64,000 bases of DNA, from positions 372,001-436,000 of the forward strand of contig MU008150.1 in the NCBI GenBank assembly GCA_010909165.1. Reading direction: 5' to 3'. Origin of the DNA: Anthoceros angustus. Its lineage: Eukaryota; Plantae; Anthocerotophyta. The notes below the pieces were generated by a model. The model was not told where the DNA came from, searched no databases, and was given only the letters and a program-made list of their open reading frames with translations. This document shows positions 48,788-61,049 of this stretch, in pieces; the stretch's first letter is position 1, and every line of letters starts with the position of its first letter. The position numbers were made by a program, and so were the translations under genes.

Positions 48788-49928
48788 TCACACGACCACA
48801 GTAAAAGAATTGGCAACCTCCTGCAACATGTCCTTCACATCAGGCCATGAGTCCTCCGATGCTTGCGAATTAAGAGAATACAGCAGCCCACTGCTTGCGC
48901 AGTACACTGCTAAGTTGTGCCTGAAGAAGGAGGTGGCCCTTACAGTGTATTCCAAAGTGTAGTAGACATGGTCACTGCCAGGCGATCCTTGCCGACTGCT
49001 CGCACTCAGAAGCGTAGCCATCTTACCCGATCCTTGTGGAGCAATGAACTTGGTGAGGATAAGGGCCCCAGCTTCCTCAGGTCCCCCCAGCAACTCAAGC
49101 CTGCAAACAGTCCGACATACATCTTGAGTGCCTTCCCTACGTGCCAAGCGCGACGAGAAGGCAGGCAAGTCACAGGGGAATGCGAAGGCCACCTGAAGCC
49201 AGGGTAGACCGGAGCGACCACCACACTGACATTGAGCTGACCATCGCTGCCCGGCGGACCGAAGGCAACGATTGGTTCCGTGGAGCCGGACTGCGTCGGC
49301 CTGCCCTTGCTCATGCCCTGCAGAGGCGGCAAATCCAGAGACCTCTCCCGCTCCGCCCGCTCAACCGCTCTGTACAGAAGCCTCTGGTCTCCAACCCACT
49401 TGGCCGGGTACACGAACTCTGCGGCAGCAACACGCGTGAGCCCAACAAGCCTCACATCCCGTCCCGTTCCGTTCCAGTAATCAAGCTCTCAGTCTCACCG
49501 AAGCCCTTGCTGTTCTCGATGCAGCGTTTAAAGCCCTTCACAGGATACACCACGTCCAGCTTGAGACGCCTTGCCAGCTGCGAATCCAACGACAGGATTG
49601 CGCCTGTGACGCCCAGGAAGTTGGCCCCCAGGGCAATGACGGCCCCCACTGCCGCGCCCGCCACTATCCTCCTCCTGAATGCCACCTCTTCCGCAGACAG
49701 GGACAACACTGGCCCAGAGTCGTCCTTCGCAGCGCCAGCCTCCTCTTGCGTTTCCCCACGCCCGTGACTAGCTGACAGCACCCTCCATCCGCCCCCGCCG
49801 CCATGGCCGGTTCGATTGGTAACAGCAAGGCGCCCACGTCGTGGGTTACGCAGAATTGAACTTGGAGTCCGCGTGCTCTGGACGAGCGCAGGGGACGCAC
49901 ATTGGGTCTGAGCGCTTGGCAGAGACAT
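48788..49928 (-). CDS. PPD7: PsbP domain-containing protein 7 (chloroplast); exons 49928-49499, 49418-49193, 49100-48788 (322 aa)
   Basis: Transit-peptide-like N-terminus, ALGANFLGVT...LKLDVVYPVKGFKRC, EFVYPAKWVGDQRLLYRA, VAFGPPG, LNVSVVVAPV, YYTLEY and LYSLNSQ. Splice phases are consistent. Confidence 0.85.
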
Positions 49929-50199
49929 CAGATCACAAACGCAGGGCACGCCGTAGTGCACACCGTGCGTCTCCTTTTCCCCTCATTTCACTAGCTCAAT
50001 GTTAATTTACCAAACTTCAGAAAGTCTTTTATTAAGGGGGAAAAATATGGGAAAAGCCCATCCATGGGACAACCAAGGAGGACCCCGAGGGGCAAGGTGA
50101 AAGGGAGCGACTAAGCTCCCTACCTCTAGTCCCTTACTGCTCTCACAATGTCAAGTAGGAAGAACAAACAGTCTGCAAACCATAGAGGAAGAGGAAGAA

Positions 50200-50466
50200 A
50201 TATCACCTACGGTCCCCGCCTTGTGAAGAATCCTTGTCAAGAGGCTCTTTGAAGGGCAATTGAGAATCGATGTTTGAAGTATGTTGTGAAGTAGGAAAGA
50301 GACAGCCTCGCACCGTACCTGTAGGCGTGTGGGCGTGGTAAGCTTTGATGCAGGACTTTAAAAATTTATCGAAGTCCTCGGCCATCGCCCCATACGTTTC
50401 AAGTGCGAGCGGAATAAAGAGGCGGCCCATTTGCATCCTGCTGTATTTCCTGACCTTGAGAGCTAC
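50200..50466 (-). mobile_element. 3' fragment of an RLE-type (CRE-like) non-LTR retrotransposon
   Basis: KVRKYSRMQMGRLFIPLALETYG...(frameshift)...YFKHRFSIALQRA resembles the C-terminal part of the restriction-like endonuclease region. Confidence 0.65.
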
Positions 50467-50570
50467 TGCTTTGAGTCCAACATCACTTTTGAGTGATAAT
50501 CAGGGAGCAAAAGCATTAGCTAGAAACCCAGTTTTTCACTCAAGAACTAAGCACATAGCCTTGGTCGGAC
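50467..50570 (+). mobile_element. Copia RNase H fragment
   Basis: LSDNQGAKALARNPVFHSRTKHI. Confidence 0.85.
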
Positions 50571-53500
50571 TTACACAAAAAGCATATGAATATCCTGTGA
50601 ATTTTAGACGTGAAGTCAAAACCTCCTTAAGTTAGCACTTAAGCACTAGGAGTTTACGAGCGGAGTTAAGTGATTTTACTATGTTAGCTCTTATTTTTAT
50701 CTGTTAAGCCTTCATCATCTTCTTCTATTTCAAGTTCATTTTCGTAAAAGGCAAACTTTTCTATGTGCTCATGCGGATCCTGAGATAATCATTCAAAAAT
50801 TTAATGTTTGATAACCAAGTCAGTTATTACATAATTAACGTAACCTAGTGGTGGCATTCAAGACACTTACTGTACATATGGCTGGTATGTCCAATGTACT
50901 CATTACAGGGCTCACAGCCTATCCAGACCATAGCCTATCCAGACCATATGAATACTGGATTTCTGACATTTGTAGCTTTCAAGCACATGTGAGTCTCCTT
51001 TTTCTCCTGGACATATCAGATATGCCATATGAGTTATCTCACCAGTAGGCAAGAATTGCTTAGGGACTACATATCCTCTTTCCTTACGAATCATGCAAGG
51101 GGCAGAAATCCTTAGTGTAGGGGTTCCTACACACTTGTCAGTTCCTGCGGATAATAAAGTTAATGGGTTAGCTTAGAGTAAATAAAATAAAAAAATGAAA
51201 GTATGGTTAGCAGTTCAGTAAGCAACTTACTAGTTGTCGTATCCTTCTTATGCATTTCCAATTTTTCTTTGTTATCTTGTTGCTTCTCAGGGAAAAAACC
51301 TAGCCGTTCATGTCCCATATATGTCAGATGGCAACAACTTCTTTGCTTGTCATATCTTAGTCATCATTTGCCTCATCATGGACAACAAAAAATAATAATA
51401 ATAAACAGACCATTTACTAGCTTCTGAAGTTTCCTAATAGCAAATGGGTCAGCATATATATCTGTCCTTAGACATCTCTCCCTTCAGCTTGGGCTTCCAT
51501 CACTGATCTCTTCACTGTTAGAGGGCAAAGTGAGGGATAGCTATTCTATGGTGTTCTTGATGCCTTCTACGAACAGCTGACTCCATGACACCTGTAAGGT
51601 GAGCAATGACAAAGTAAGAATGGACGTCAAACATACTTTGTGGGTTACAATGGTTGGCTTACAGGTGTAGGAGATCTTACTCTCATTCTCAGCTACTGGT
51701 GTCTCTTCTATGTCTTCATTGAATGCGTTGTAGTTGATTGCTTCTTCAGACGACGAAGATAGCTCCACCACTGTAGAAAAATGGACACTTTGGCTGGACA
51801 CAGAGTGTTGTTGAGACATTGCCATATATTGTGCAGGTGGCCTTCTTTGGTTTTCAGTAGTTGAAGCTAATGTCTGCAAGCTCCTCGTAGCCCCAGAGGC
51901 GGCAGACCTGGACGTTTCCATCTCTTCATCATCGTTGGACAGAGAGTTCTCAATTGCTGGTATTATCTCATCTTGAGTGGACGTTCTTGCTACAAGGGCT
52001 GCAAGCCTATTGTACATTACGGTGTGAACTTTGGGAAGCGCATGCGTGCTCAGATTAGGATGGAGGTCATATTGGCTAGAGAGTTAGATTGGGAACGGCA
52101 CCTGGGACATTTGTTCCGAAGACTTTGTGGAGTTCTTATCACCATTTTGAGTAAAGACACTGGCGCCTTTTCTTCTTTTGCATAGCTCTTAAGCTAATCT
52201 GAATGCTTGTAACAACTTATGTCCACCTTGTAGAAGCTTGCTAGTGGTCCTTAAATGGTACCTGTGGTCGTGGTGCTTTCATCTTGTCTTAAATTTGTAG
52301 GTGAAATGGAGATGGTTTCAACAACCATGGAGGCTAATTAAATGTCACCAAGTGGGGAAGTTTGGGGGCAAACTTCTTCACCTGTCCGGATCTGTCTGCC
52401 TACAGGGTCAGGAAACAACGGCATGCGTCATGTAAGCTAGTATGTGTAAACCCTGACAAAATTGTTGGGAGCACAACTTGCTTTCAAGATGTCCTAAAAC
52501 GTCTAGATTTGGATCAAAAGGTGCGGGTAATCTCTTTGAGCTTTGCTCTCCCTTCTCCCATACTCTATGAACAACTGTGTCTAGTGCCTCTTTGCATTTT
52601 GGATGCCCCTGCAACACCTTGATGCAACATTCGGTGCATGCTGCAGCCCCGGGTAGCTGCCTAGGTTTGTGATTGATGAGGCACACTGCGTGAGGTAAAG
52701 CTGATGGAAGGCCAGTACATCAATTGCCGAGTAGGTACAGCAAATTTCATAGAAGAAAAATACAGCAGATTTCTTTGGCCACTCTTTCACAGTCTGGCCT
52801 GGGAACAGAAAAAAAAGAAGAATTTTATTTAAGTCCACTAAGGACGGATTTCCGTCATGGGACTTGGTACTTAACAACTTGTACCTTGGTGTGCCTAAGC
52901 TACTTGCACCAAGGGCATCCACTCCCTTTAGGCACCCCATCTAAGTACCCATCTAAGCTCAAGATGCTTAATCACACGTGTGTCCATTTGGCCCAAGCCA
53001 TTTGGACACACATTTGAACAGTGAGTGACAGCATGACAATAAGGTCCTAGGAATTCTCAAGTAGCAGTTCATTGAATTATTCTCAAGCAGCGGTTAACAA
53101 CAAGTATTGGTGAACAAGGATGAATATAGCAAGTTGGTTAACAGGTTTGAGCTGCTAAACGAGGATGTTACAGCAGGTTGGATAACAGGTTTTAGTACTG
53201 AACAAGGATATTAGCAGTAGGTTGATAATAATTTTAGGTTATTTTAAATTTGGTGAGGAACCGGCCCAGAGCTTTCAGGCACATGCTCTTACCCTTTGTT
53301 ATTAGGAAATGCAGCAAGGGCATGAATTCCCTCAAGAAGTTTAGTCACGAAGCAAATCCGGCCGATGTGACAAGTAACTACGAACAGCAGTGTCTAGGAT
53401 AGGACTCAAACCATGAGCCCCTTTTCGAGTCCCAGTTGATTCGTGCTTGTAATGCCTTTGTCACTATTGATCCAGTTTCCTTGGGTATGTTTGTCAACGG

Positions 53501-53589
53501 CAGTACTAGGTACATCCTCAATTGTTCCCACATTTTGTCCAGCCAAAACCCCCTAGTACCAAGCAGCATGCCTCGCATCAAACATCAAA

Positions 53590-54000
53590 AACCCCCCACC
53601 AAAGTACGTAACCCCCACCAAATTTAAAAGTACCCCCCACCAAATTTAAAGTACCTCCACCAAACTTAAAGTACCCCCCGTTCCCCCCACTCTCCATAAA
53701 AAAAAGAGAGTATGTTTTACAACCTCATTTACAATCCTATTGCTAGACCATCAAATTTACAACTTTGCTTACATTTTACAACGGCATTTACACTTTACAA
53801 CGTAATCTACAACATGGGAGCCTAGTTATCGATCCCTATTATAAATGACCTTCAATCATATTAGCTTAATAATAGTAATAATAAAGAGTTTTGAAAAAGT
53901 AAAGATCAAATTTCGAGAAAAAGGTTTTGCAATGTAATCTACATGGGAACCTCGTCATCAATCCCCTAGTGGGATTTTTAGGTGGGGAGTTTTAGTGGGT
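53590..54000. repeat. Cluster of short subterminal-type repeats (CCCCCCACCAAA unit of about 22 bp; TTTACAAC), possible DNA-transposon end
   Basis: Four to five CCCCCACCAAA..AAAGTA units at 53592-53682, several TTTACAAC motifs at 53715-53815, and TAGTG near 53993-53997. Confidence 0.55.
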
Positions 54001-54639
54001 GAGGGAGTTTTTCCCAAGTCCCACATAACCTGTGATGGTATCTAGGCACATATTCAGATGACCTTGGGAAGAGTATAGTCTCTTCCTGTTGGGATGGTCT
54101 AGTAATAGGATTGTAAATATGATGTGTAACATAGGAGAATCAGAACCCTTGCTGAAGATTTCTCCCCCGGGGTTGTTTTGATTTATTAAAGAGATATTCT
54201 TGTTGGGAGGATGACTAACAAAAACTAGAGAATGTTGACGAACTGCCTTGTTCACGAACTTTGTGAATTAGACCCCAACCATGAGTCCGTTATAATCCTG
54301 AGGGCCTTTACGAACTCACAGCTTGGTTAAACTGGCTGAACTGAACTGTACACAATAACTAGTGGCACATAGGAAAAATAGTTCAGTTTTATATGAAGTG
54401 AACCATCTATAAATTGTGAATTGTGCAAATCAAACTAAACGCCTTCCAACAAGCTGCCGTGAGATGTATGGTGGGAAGAGAAACAGAAGAAATAGAACAG
54501 AGAAACCTGAAGTAATCTGGAATAATATGAAGTAATTGATAAAAGGTAAAAAAACCTATTTAACATCAATTTACATGAACTAGGATTTGTAAGGAGTATA
54601 GCTCATGATCAATTGGTTTGCAAACTATCACACGATTCT

Positions 54640-56502
54640 TGTTGGTGCAAACGATAGGGTTTAGGCGCCGTCAGATCAGGACCTAGCTTTTAGGGCACGT
54701 TTCGCCCATAACCAGTTTAAATAATAGCTTGACAGTTTAGGCAGTTAATCAAGTTACTTAGACGCTTAACTGAATTACTGCAGTTATAACCGTATGTAGA
54801 AGTATAAGACATGTACCATTGTATCAGTAAAAGCATTCTTTCTTGGATATCTTGTCCGTCTTCATGGTATCAGAGCACCAAGGCTCTCTACCCTTCGGTT
54901 TCGCTTCCGCCTCCTACCACTGGCGCCGCGCAATCCACCAGCATGTAGCAGCAGCAAGCCACGGGTTTCGAGAGCTACCGATCCTAGCTAAAGCATCATG
55001 CCTAGGCGGCGCGTCCCAGCGTTTCATGCACCCACAGCCCGCGCTCCATCTCCAATCGGAAGACCCTGCGCGGACTGCACCCAGAAATTGACCCGCTATG
55101 AACAGCGCCGCCGACAATGGACGAGACCAAGCACCGCGCCCTCGAGCACGCCTGCCGGCGTTCGCACTACCGCCACGCCGACCAGACCAATTCCCCACTC
55201 GCATGGATGCGCCTATACAGCACCCTTTCCTGCAAAAGTACCAACTACACGTGATTACCTCAGAATTCAGTTGAATTGCATAGAGTCCCAGCTTGAAGCC
55301 CTGCACCTAACAGTCAGTCAGCTTCATGTGCATAGGTATAAGTAGATCACAGCAGATCTCACCTTGCTCGCCTCCTGCAGCAAGTCGTGTAGCACCCTAT
55401 GCCACATTTTGACCCTCTTGCCTCCCACACAACAAAAATCTTAGCAAAGAAACTTGCAAAACTTGCAATCACCTCTGCCATGGCCAGCCCTGCCTATAAT
55501 CCTACCTCCACGGTGATCAACACCACCAAAGTAGAATTCAGAGACCGCGATCGCTTCACAGGAAGCGATTACGATATCTGGCAAATGAGAATAACAGCCC
55601 TGCTAGAGGAACATGATCTGATGTCAGTCACGGACGGCACCTCGCCACAGCCTTCTCTCACTTCTAATCCACCAGCTACTGCCGACCACATAGCCGCATG
55701 GAACAAGAAGGACAAGAGGGCTCGTAACATCCTGATATCTGCCATCGACAAAACAATGCTTCAGCACACCCAAGGTCAGACGACCTCACATGATGTGTGG
55801 AAGACGTTTAACGACATGTTCCAAGCACAAAGCTCGATGTCCCTTATAAACGCCACAAGACAATTCTACTCCCTTAAGATGAGGGAAAACGAGAGCGTCG
55901 AGCAGCATGTAAATGTGTTCAGGTCCTTGCGAGCCAAGCTCTCCGGCAGCGGCACCGTAATCAACGAGCTCCAGGCAGCAGTCGCTCTTCTAACATCTCT
56001 TCCTCCATCATACAGGAACTTTGTTAGTTCACAGAACGCCGCACTAAGACAGGCCATTCAAGCTACAGGAGAAAACGTACCCCCGGCATACACGTTCTCC
56101 GACGTTGTAGCAGCCCTGCTAGAGGAGGAGTCCAGCAGGATCGGCACCTCACGTTCTAGCATAGGAACAAACCACGCTCTCTTCTTGTCCAGAGGAAGAG
56201 GCAACAGGCGTGGAAGCACCGGTGGCGGCCGAGGAGCTTTCCCAAGAGGAAGAGGCCAGCCCTCTGCAAGCTTTCCAACATTTCCCAATCGACAATTCTC
56301 TCAAAACAAGCAGTTTGACAAGAGGTCCGCCAAGGGAGCCTGTAACTGGTGTAAAATCCTTGGCCACTATGAGAGCGAATGCAGAAAAAAGCAGGCAGGC
56401 GAACCTCGAAGGGAAACCCCCAGAAATGAGTCCCATCTCACAACAACAGCTAAGCCTTCACCAGCCAACTCAATTTTAGCATCACTTACACTTACCGTCT
56501 GA
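54640..56502 (+). mobile_element. 5' part of a Ty1/Copia element: LTR 54640-54864 (TG..CA), PBS 54865-54876, gag ORF about 55480-56502, truncated
   Basis: TGGTATCAGAGC follows ...TCTTCA. The gag reads FTGSDYDIWQMRITALL...WNKKDKRARNIL...LLTSLPPSY with zinc knuckle CNWCKILGHYESEC. No protease, integrase or RT follows. Confidence 0.9.
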
Positions 56503-56589
56503 TACAAGTCGGGTTCTTAGGGCCACAACCCATATCTGCGATTGTGAGACATGTTCACTTCATGTCCTTACCGTATCCTCCGCTGCATT

Positions 56590-56650
56590 GGCCTGTGGCC
56601 TATGAGCTTGCCCTTCCTCCCGAATCTCGTGCATTCACCCCGCCTTCCGT
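56590..56650 (+). mobile_element. Ty3/Gypsy integrase C-terminal fragment
   Basis: GPVAYELALPPESR followed, after a frameshift, by IHPAF. Confidence 0.6.
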
Positions 56651-57029
56651 AACACCGAACCATGTTTTGATCCCGCACAATGACTCATTGTCTTGCTGGC
56701 TCTGAGCTCGAGTATGCTCACATTGACCGATGCACTTCATCCTTCCACCGCTTCCGAACGACAATAGAATCTACCGCCTGGGCATGTTTCAAAGCCTCGC
56801 ACTCACGATCGAAACACTACTACATTTTGAGGATCCAAAATAACGTGTGAAGCAACGCATGTTTGTAAAAAACAACGGAAAAGTTGGAAAAAACAACGCC
56901 ACCGAACCTAAGCGAAAACAACGAAACACCGTTGTTTTCTTGCTTTTGTGTTATTTAGGAACCGTTGTTTTTCCTAACTCATGTTTAACCTATACCCCAA
57001 CCTCTCATTTCCTGCTTCTTTCTTTCTGN

Positions 57030-57300
57030 AGTAAGAATTCCTTGGCTTTGAAATGACTTTTCTCCAATGTTAAGGTTTCCAATTCCTTGGACTTTGAGTG
57101 ACGCCTTTTCTCAAATGTTAAGGTTTCCAATTCCTTGGCTTTGAAATAACTTTTCTCAAATGTTAAGGTTTCCAATTCCTTGGACTTTGAAATAACTTTT
57201 CTCCAATGTTAAGGTTAAGTAAGAATTCCTTGGACTTTGAAATGACTTTTCTCAAATGTTAAGCTTTAAGAATCATGAATGCAAGCGTGAAAATGCCTCA
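57030..57300 (+). repeat. 45-50 bp satellite-like array, 5 units
   Basis: AATTCCTTGG at 57036, 57081, 57129, 57174 and 57224. Units end in either GGTTTCC or GGTTAAGTAAG. Confidence 0.93.
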
Positions 57301-57569
57301 GAGTAGTGTCACACCAGATGACATCCCGCTTCGATATGGGGTAATGGAGTGTTTGTGGGCGCGTGCTCACGTGCCTCATGAGGATGTCGCAGCAATCCGC
57401 GCATCGTCTGGCGGCCAACTGGAGCTATTTGATTCTGCGCAAGCCTAGTGCAGGATTCCAAGTTCTTAATGCAAGGGACACTTCAACATGCGAGCCGCAA
57501 TGCGTGGCCATGAGAAATCGAAGCAGGACACAAGCAGGAAGGCAAGGAAGCAAAGCAACGGCGGGTGAA

Positions 57570-57890
57570 AACCTTTGTTGAACAAGAATGGAGTAACTCG
57601 GGTTGAGGCGTTAGGGGCATTGTTGTAGGCAAACTCAACGAGGTGGAGAAAGTCCAGCCACCGAGTTTGGTGCACACCGCATAAGCACGGAGTATATCCT
57701 CTAAAACTTGATTAGCTCGAGTAGCACCATCCGTCGAGGATAAAAGGCGAGACATACTGAGCTTGGTGCCAAGACCACGTGAACCGCTTGCCGAAGCGGA
57801 CGAAACTGAATCATGATCGCTCACAAGAGAGCGAGGGAGGCCATGGGCACGATAAACCACTTTCGAATATCTTGCGTTTAGGCAAGTACC
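57570..57890 (-). mobile_element. Ty3/Gypsy integrase core fragment (frameshifted)
   Basis: HGLPRSLVSD, LGTKLSMS, TDG..RANQVLEDILRAY and LVEFAYNNAPNASTRVTPF. Confidence 0.85.
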
Positions 57891-58269
57891 CACTCAAGAA
57901 TACTTCCACGTCCAATTTATTCATATGATTTAAATGGGGAGTTACATCTCTAACAAGATTTATGCTCTACAATTCTATCAATTGGGTTTGTCTAGAACTA
58001 AATTCAGTTTTAAGGTTGTTTCCAAAATTTTAGAACACCTCCAAATTGCTAGTTTACTCCTCCTTTATGTGCTTGCATTCGTCCGACGATTCTTGCTTAC
58101 AATTCCATCTCCATATGCATGCGCCTATGATGCGCAAGACGATCATCCACATGACAAACATATAAATAAGTCTTATTTCTATAGCCGCACTTTGATAAAT
58201 CCTAGCTTTGCTCCAAATTGAGCCCATTGAGATCTTCGCTTCAAGACAAAGTTGTTGAAAAGGCTTTGA

Positions 58270-59556
58270 CGTGTTTTTCGCTTTTAAGAAGATGTATGAG
58301 ATGTTAATACCATAGCATTCCTTCAAAGACACTTATAAGGTGTAGGATTCCTTGGACTTTGAAATAACTTTTCTCCAATGTTAAGGTTTCCAATTCCTTG
58401 GACTTTGAAATGACTTTTCTCCAATGTTAAGGTTAAGTAAAATTCCTTGGGCTTTGAAATGACTTTTCTCAATGTTAAGGTTAAGTAAGAATTCCTTGGA
58501 CTTTGGAGTGACGCCTTTTCTCAAATGTTAAGCTTTAAGAATCATGAATGCAAGCGTGAAAATGCCTCGTAGTGGTGGTCAAATCTGCCTCTCGGTGATT
58601 CAACACACCAAAACTTGCTACCAAAGAATCGCGAAGTTTGCAATAGTGGGCGCCGTGAGTCAAGTTTGGTTGTATATTGAATTTGTGGGAGGCGGATCCC
58701 GGGGCTCCGAGATGCACCTCTAGCGGCCACACTTATCCCACGCCGCTTCAGACGTTGGGTTTCGTCCCATGAGACTTGGGAGCAGTCGAATCTTGAGAAT
58801 CCGTCACCACCGCAGCTACACACTACCTCAGCCTTCTAGACAAGCAAGGCGCCTCACGCCCTCTCACAGCTCTCGCGCCCAGCCGCTTCAGAACTCACCA
58901 AACCTCAACCTACAACGACACCACACAATTGCGAGTTCGTCTTAACGGCAAAGGTGTCTATCACGGCGCCTGTGGACCCCCGACCCACACCGCAACCGTC
59001 CCTACTCCTAAGACACTCTTCTCCACATAGGGAGCGCCCTCTTACTTGCAGATTTGGGATTCGTCCCTTAGGCTCTGCCTGTGGCCTTCCGAGCTTGCTA
59101 GTCCACTCTTGTCTCTTCTGCTTGAACTACGGACAATGTGTTGCATAATTCCAATATACAACCAAACTTGACTCATGGGCCCACTATTGCAAACGGCATT
59201 GCTGGTAGCAAGTTTCGTGTGTTGAATCACCGAGAGCCGACCTGACCGCCACTACGAGGCATTTTCACGCTTGCATTCATGATTCTTAAAGCTTAACATT
59301 TGAGAAAAGGCGTCACTCCAAAGTCCAAGGAATTCTTACTTAACCTTAACATTGGAGAAAAGTCATTTCAAAGCCCAAGGAATGCTTACTTAACCTTAAC
59401 ATTGGAGAAAAGTCATTTCAAAGTCCAAGGAATTGGAAACCTTAACATTGGAGAAAAGTTATTTCAAAGTCCAAGGAATCCTACACCTTATAAGTGTCTT
59501 TGAAGGAATGCTATGGTATTAACATCTCATACATCTTCTTAAAAACGAAAAACACG
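58270..59556. repeat. Large inverted repeat: arms about 58270-58690 and 59145-59556, spacer about 455 bp; each arm contains four satellite units
   Basis: CGTGTTTTTCG..TTTTAAGAAGATGTATGAG...GTTTGGTTGTATATTG on the left is the reverse complement of the right arm. Confidence 0.9.
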
Positions 59557-59800
59557 AAGTGTTTCACCAAGTGCTAATTGAGCTAGGCTTTGTGTGTCTG
59601 GATGCTGATTCCAGTGTTTACATCTTGTGTGAGGGCCAAGACTTTATAATCCTGTTTGTCTATGTCGATGATAATTTCCTTTTCAGTACCTCAATGACCT
59701 TGATGGACAAGATCAAAAGAGTTCTGCTTACCAGATTTGAAATGAGTGATTTGGGTGAGCTTTCTTTTTCCTTGGGTGTTCGTTTCTCGTCGGTCACGGC
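59557..59800 (+). mobile_element. Copia reverse transcriptase fragment
   Basis: LIELGFVCLDADSSVY...IILFVYVDD...LLTRFEMSDLGELSFSLG. Confidence 0.88.
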
Positions 59801-61049
59801 TTGCCCATCTGTTCTTCTAGATGGCAGCCTCTGCATCCCTTAAGTTGAACCCCGGATCTCCATGTGCAGCTAAGTGAATTTCAGAGGCTCGCATTTCCAG
59901 CTTCTTCCGTTCGGTACAGGAAGGCGTCGTTGCCCGGTACAATATGCTGTAAAGAGTGCTAAGTTAGTAACACCAGACCTTAGGGCACGGTTCATAATAA
60001 ACTAGCCTTAGTTATAAAACGTTACTTTCGTAGCTAGTTTATTATGAAACGTTACTTTCGTATGCAGGCAGTTAGGGTTCGATACAACGTTTCACTTCCA
60101 GACATTTGTACATAACGCTTCACCTCTACGCCTACACATCGATACCGATGGAGTTAATACCGTCACGCGTACGGCCAGCGGGCCTACTGCCAAAGTGCCA
60201 AAGCTATCTGTTACCGAACGACGCGTTACGATTCTCATCCTCCGTCAGGTGAGCTGAACCCGTTGTGTGCACCAACAGGCTATTCCGCGCGGTGTGGCGG
60301 TGCGGGCATCACACGATAGTAAACCATGTGCCAATTACGCCATAATACCTAGCGTGGCAACCACCATTAACCCTAATGTTCATTCAAGCGATTGCCCAAA
60401 TTCACGCCCCGCTATGTTCAAAGTTTCGCTTACACGAACCAAAGGGGTTCGATTAGGCCGATGATCTTACTTGTCAAGGGCGCTTTGATTGAGCTTAGTG
60501 TACCGAAAGTGCAAAATTTTGAGGAGCGGCCTCGGATACACCATTCGTGGTGCAATTGCCTAAACCGGACACTTCTGCAGATTTGGAGTGGGTGTGCTCC
60601 TCTGAGCCATTCGAAATGGGCACATGGGCATCGGATGATTCGTGTTGCTCACATCTTGATGGATGAGTGGTGGACTTTGTAGCCGGTATGAGCGCAAACA
60701 AAGAGCATCCAACAAATTTCTATAAGAAGGATTCAAAGGGACCCAACAAGCTCTTGAAACCTATAACACCTCCCCGTCCACACCTTTCCTACACGAGGTA
60801 CCATCCCGATTTTTCCGTTGACTTTAATCGTAGTCTTCACTTCACCTTATCTTACATGTGGCACTCACAATGAAAAGGACTTGTGGGATTTAGGGTAGCC
60901 TTACTTATACCGCCATGTGAGGAACGATCGACGCTCAACGCTCGTGTAATCGGTGTTCATATGGGCCCGAGGATTTTCGCAATCTAGTCCTCAAGGCCTC
61001 TTAAGTGTTCAAACAAATAAGTGCAAAATTGCGAGAGGAGAGAGTGAAG

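Noticed and set aside
57030-59490. 45-50 bp repeat arrays as CRISPR
   Set aside because: Units are contiguous with no unique spacers, there are no cas genes, and the context is eukaryotic.
59950-60300. 3' LTR partner of the Copia LTR at 54640
   Set aside because: Only short shared words (TTAGGGCACG, AGGCAGTTA); not alignable over the LTR length.
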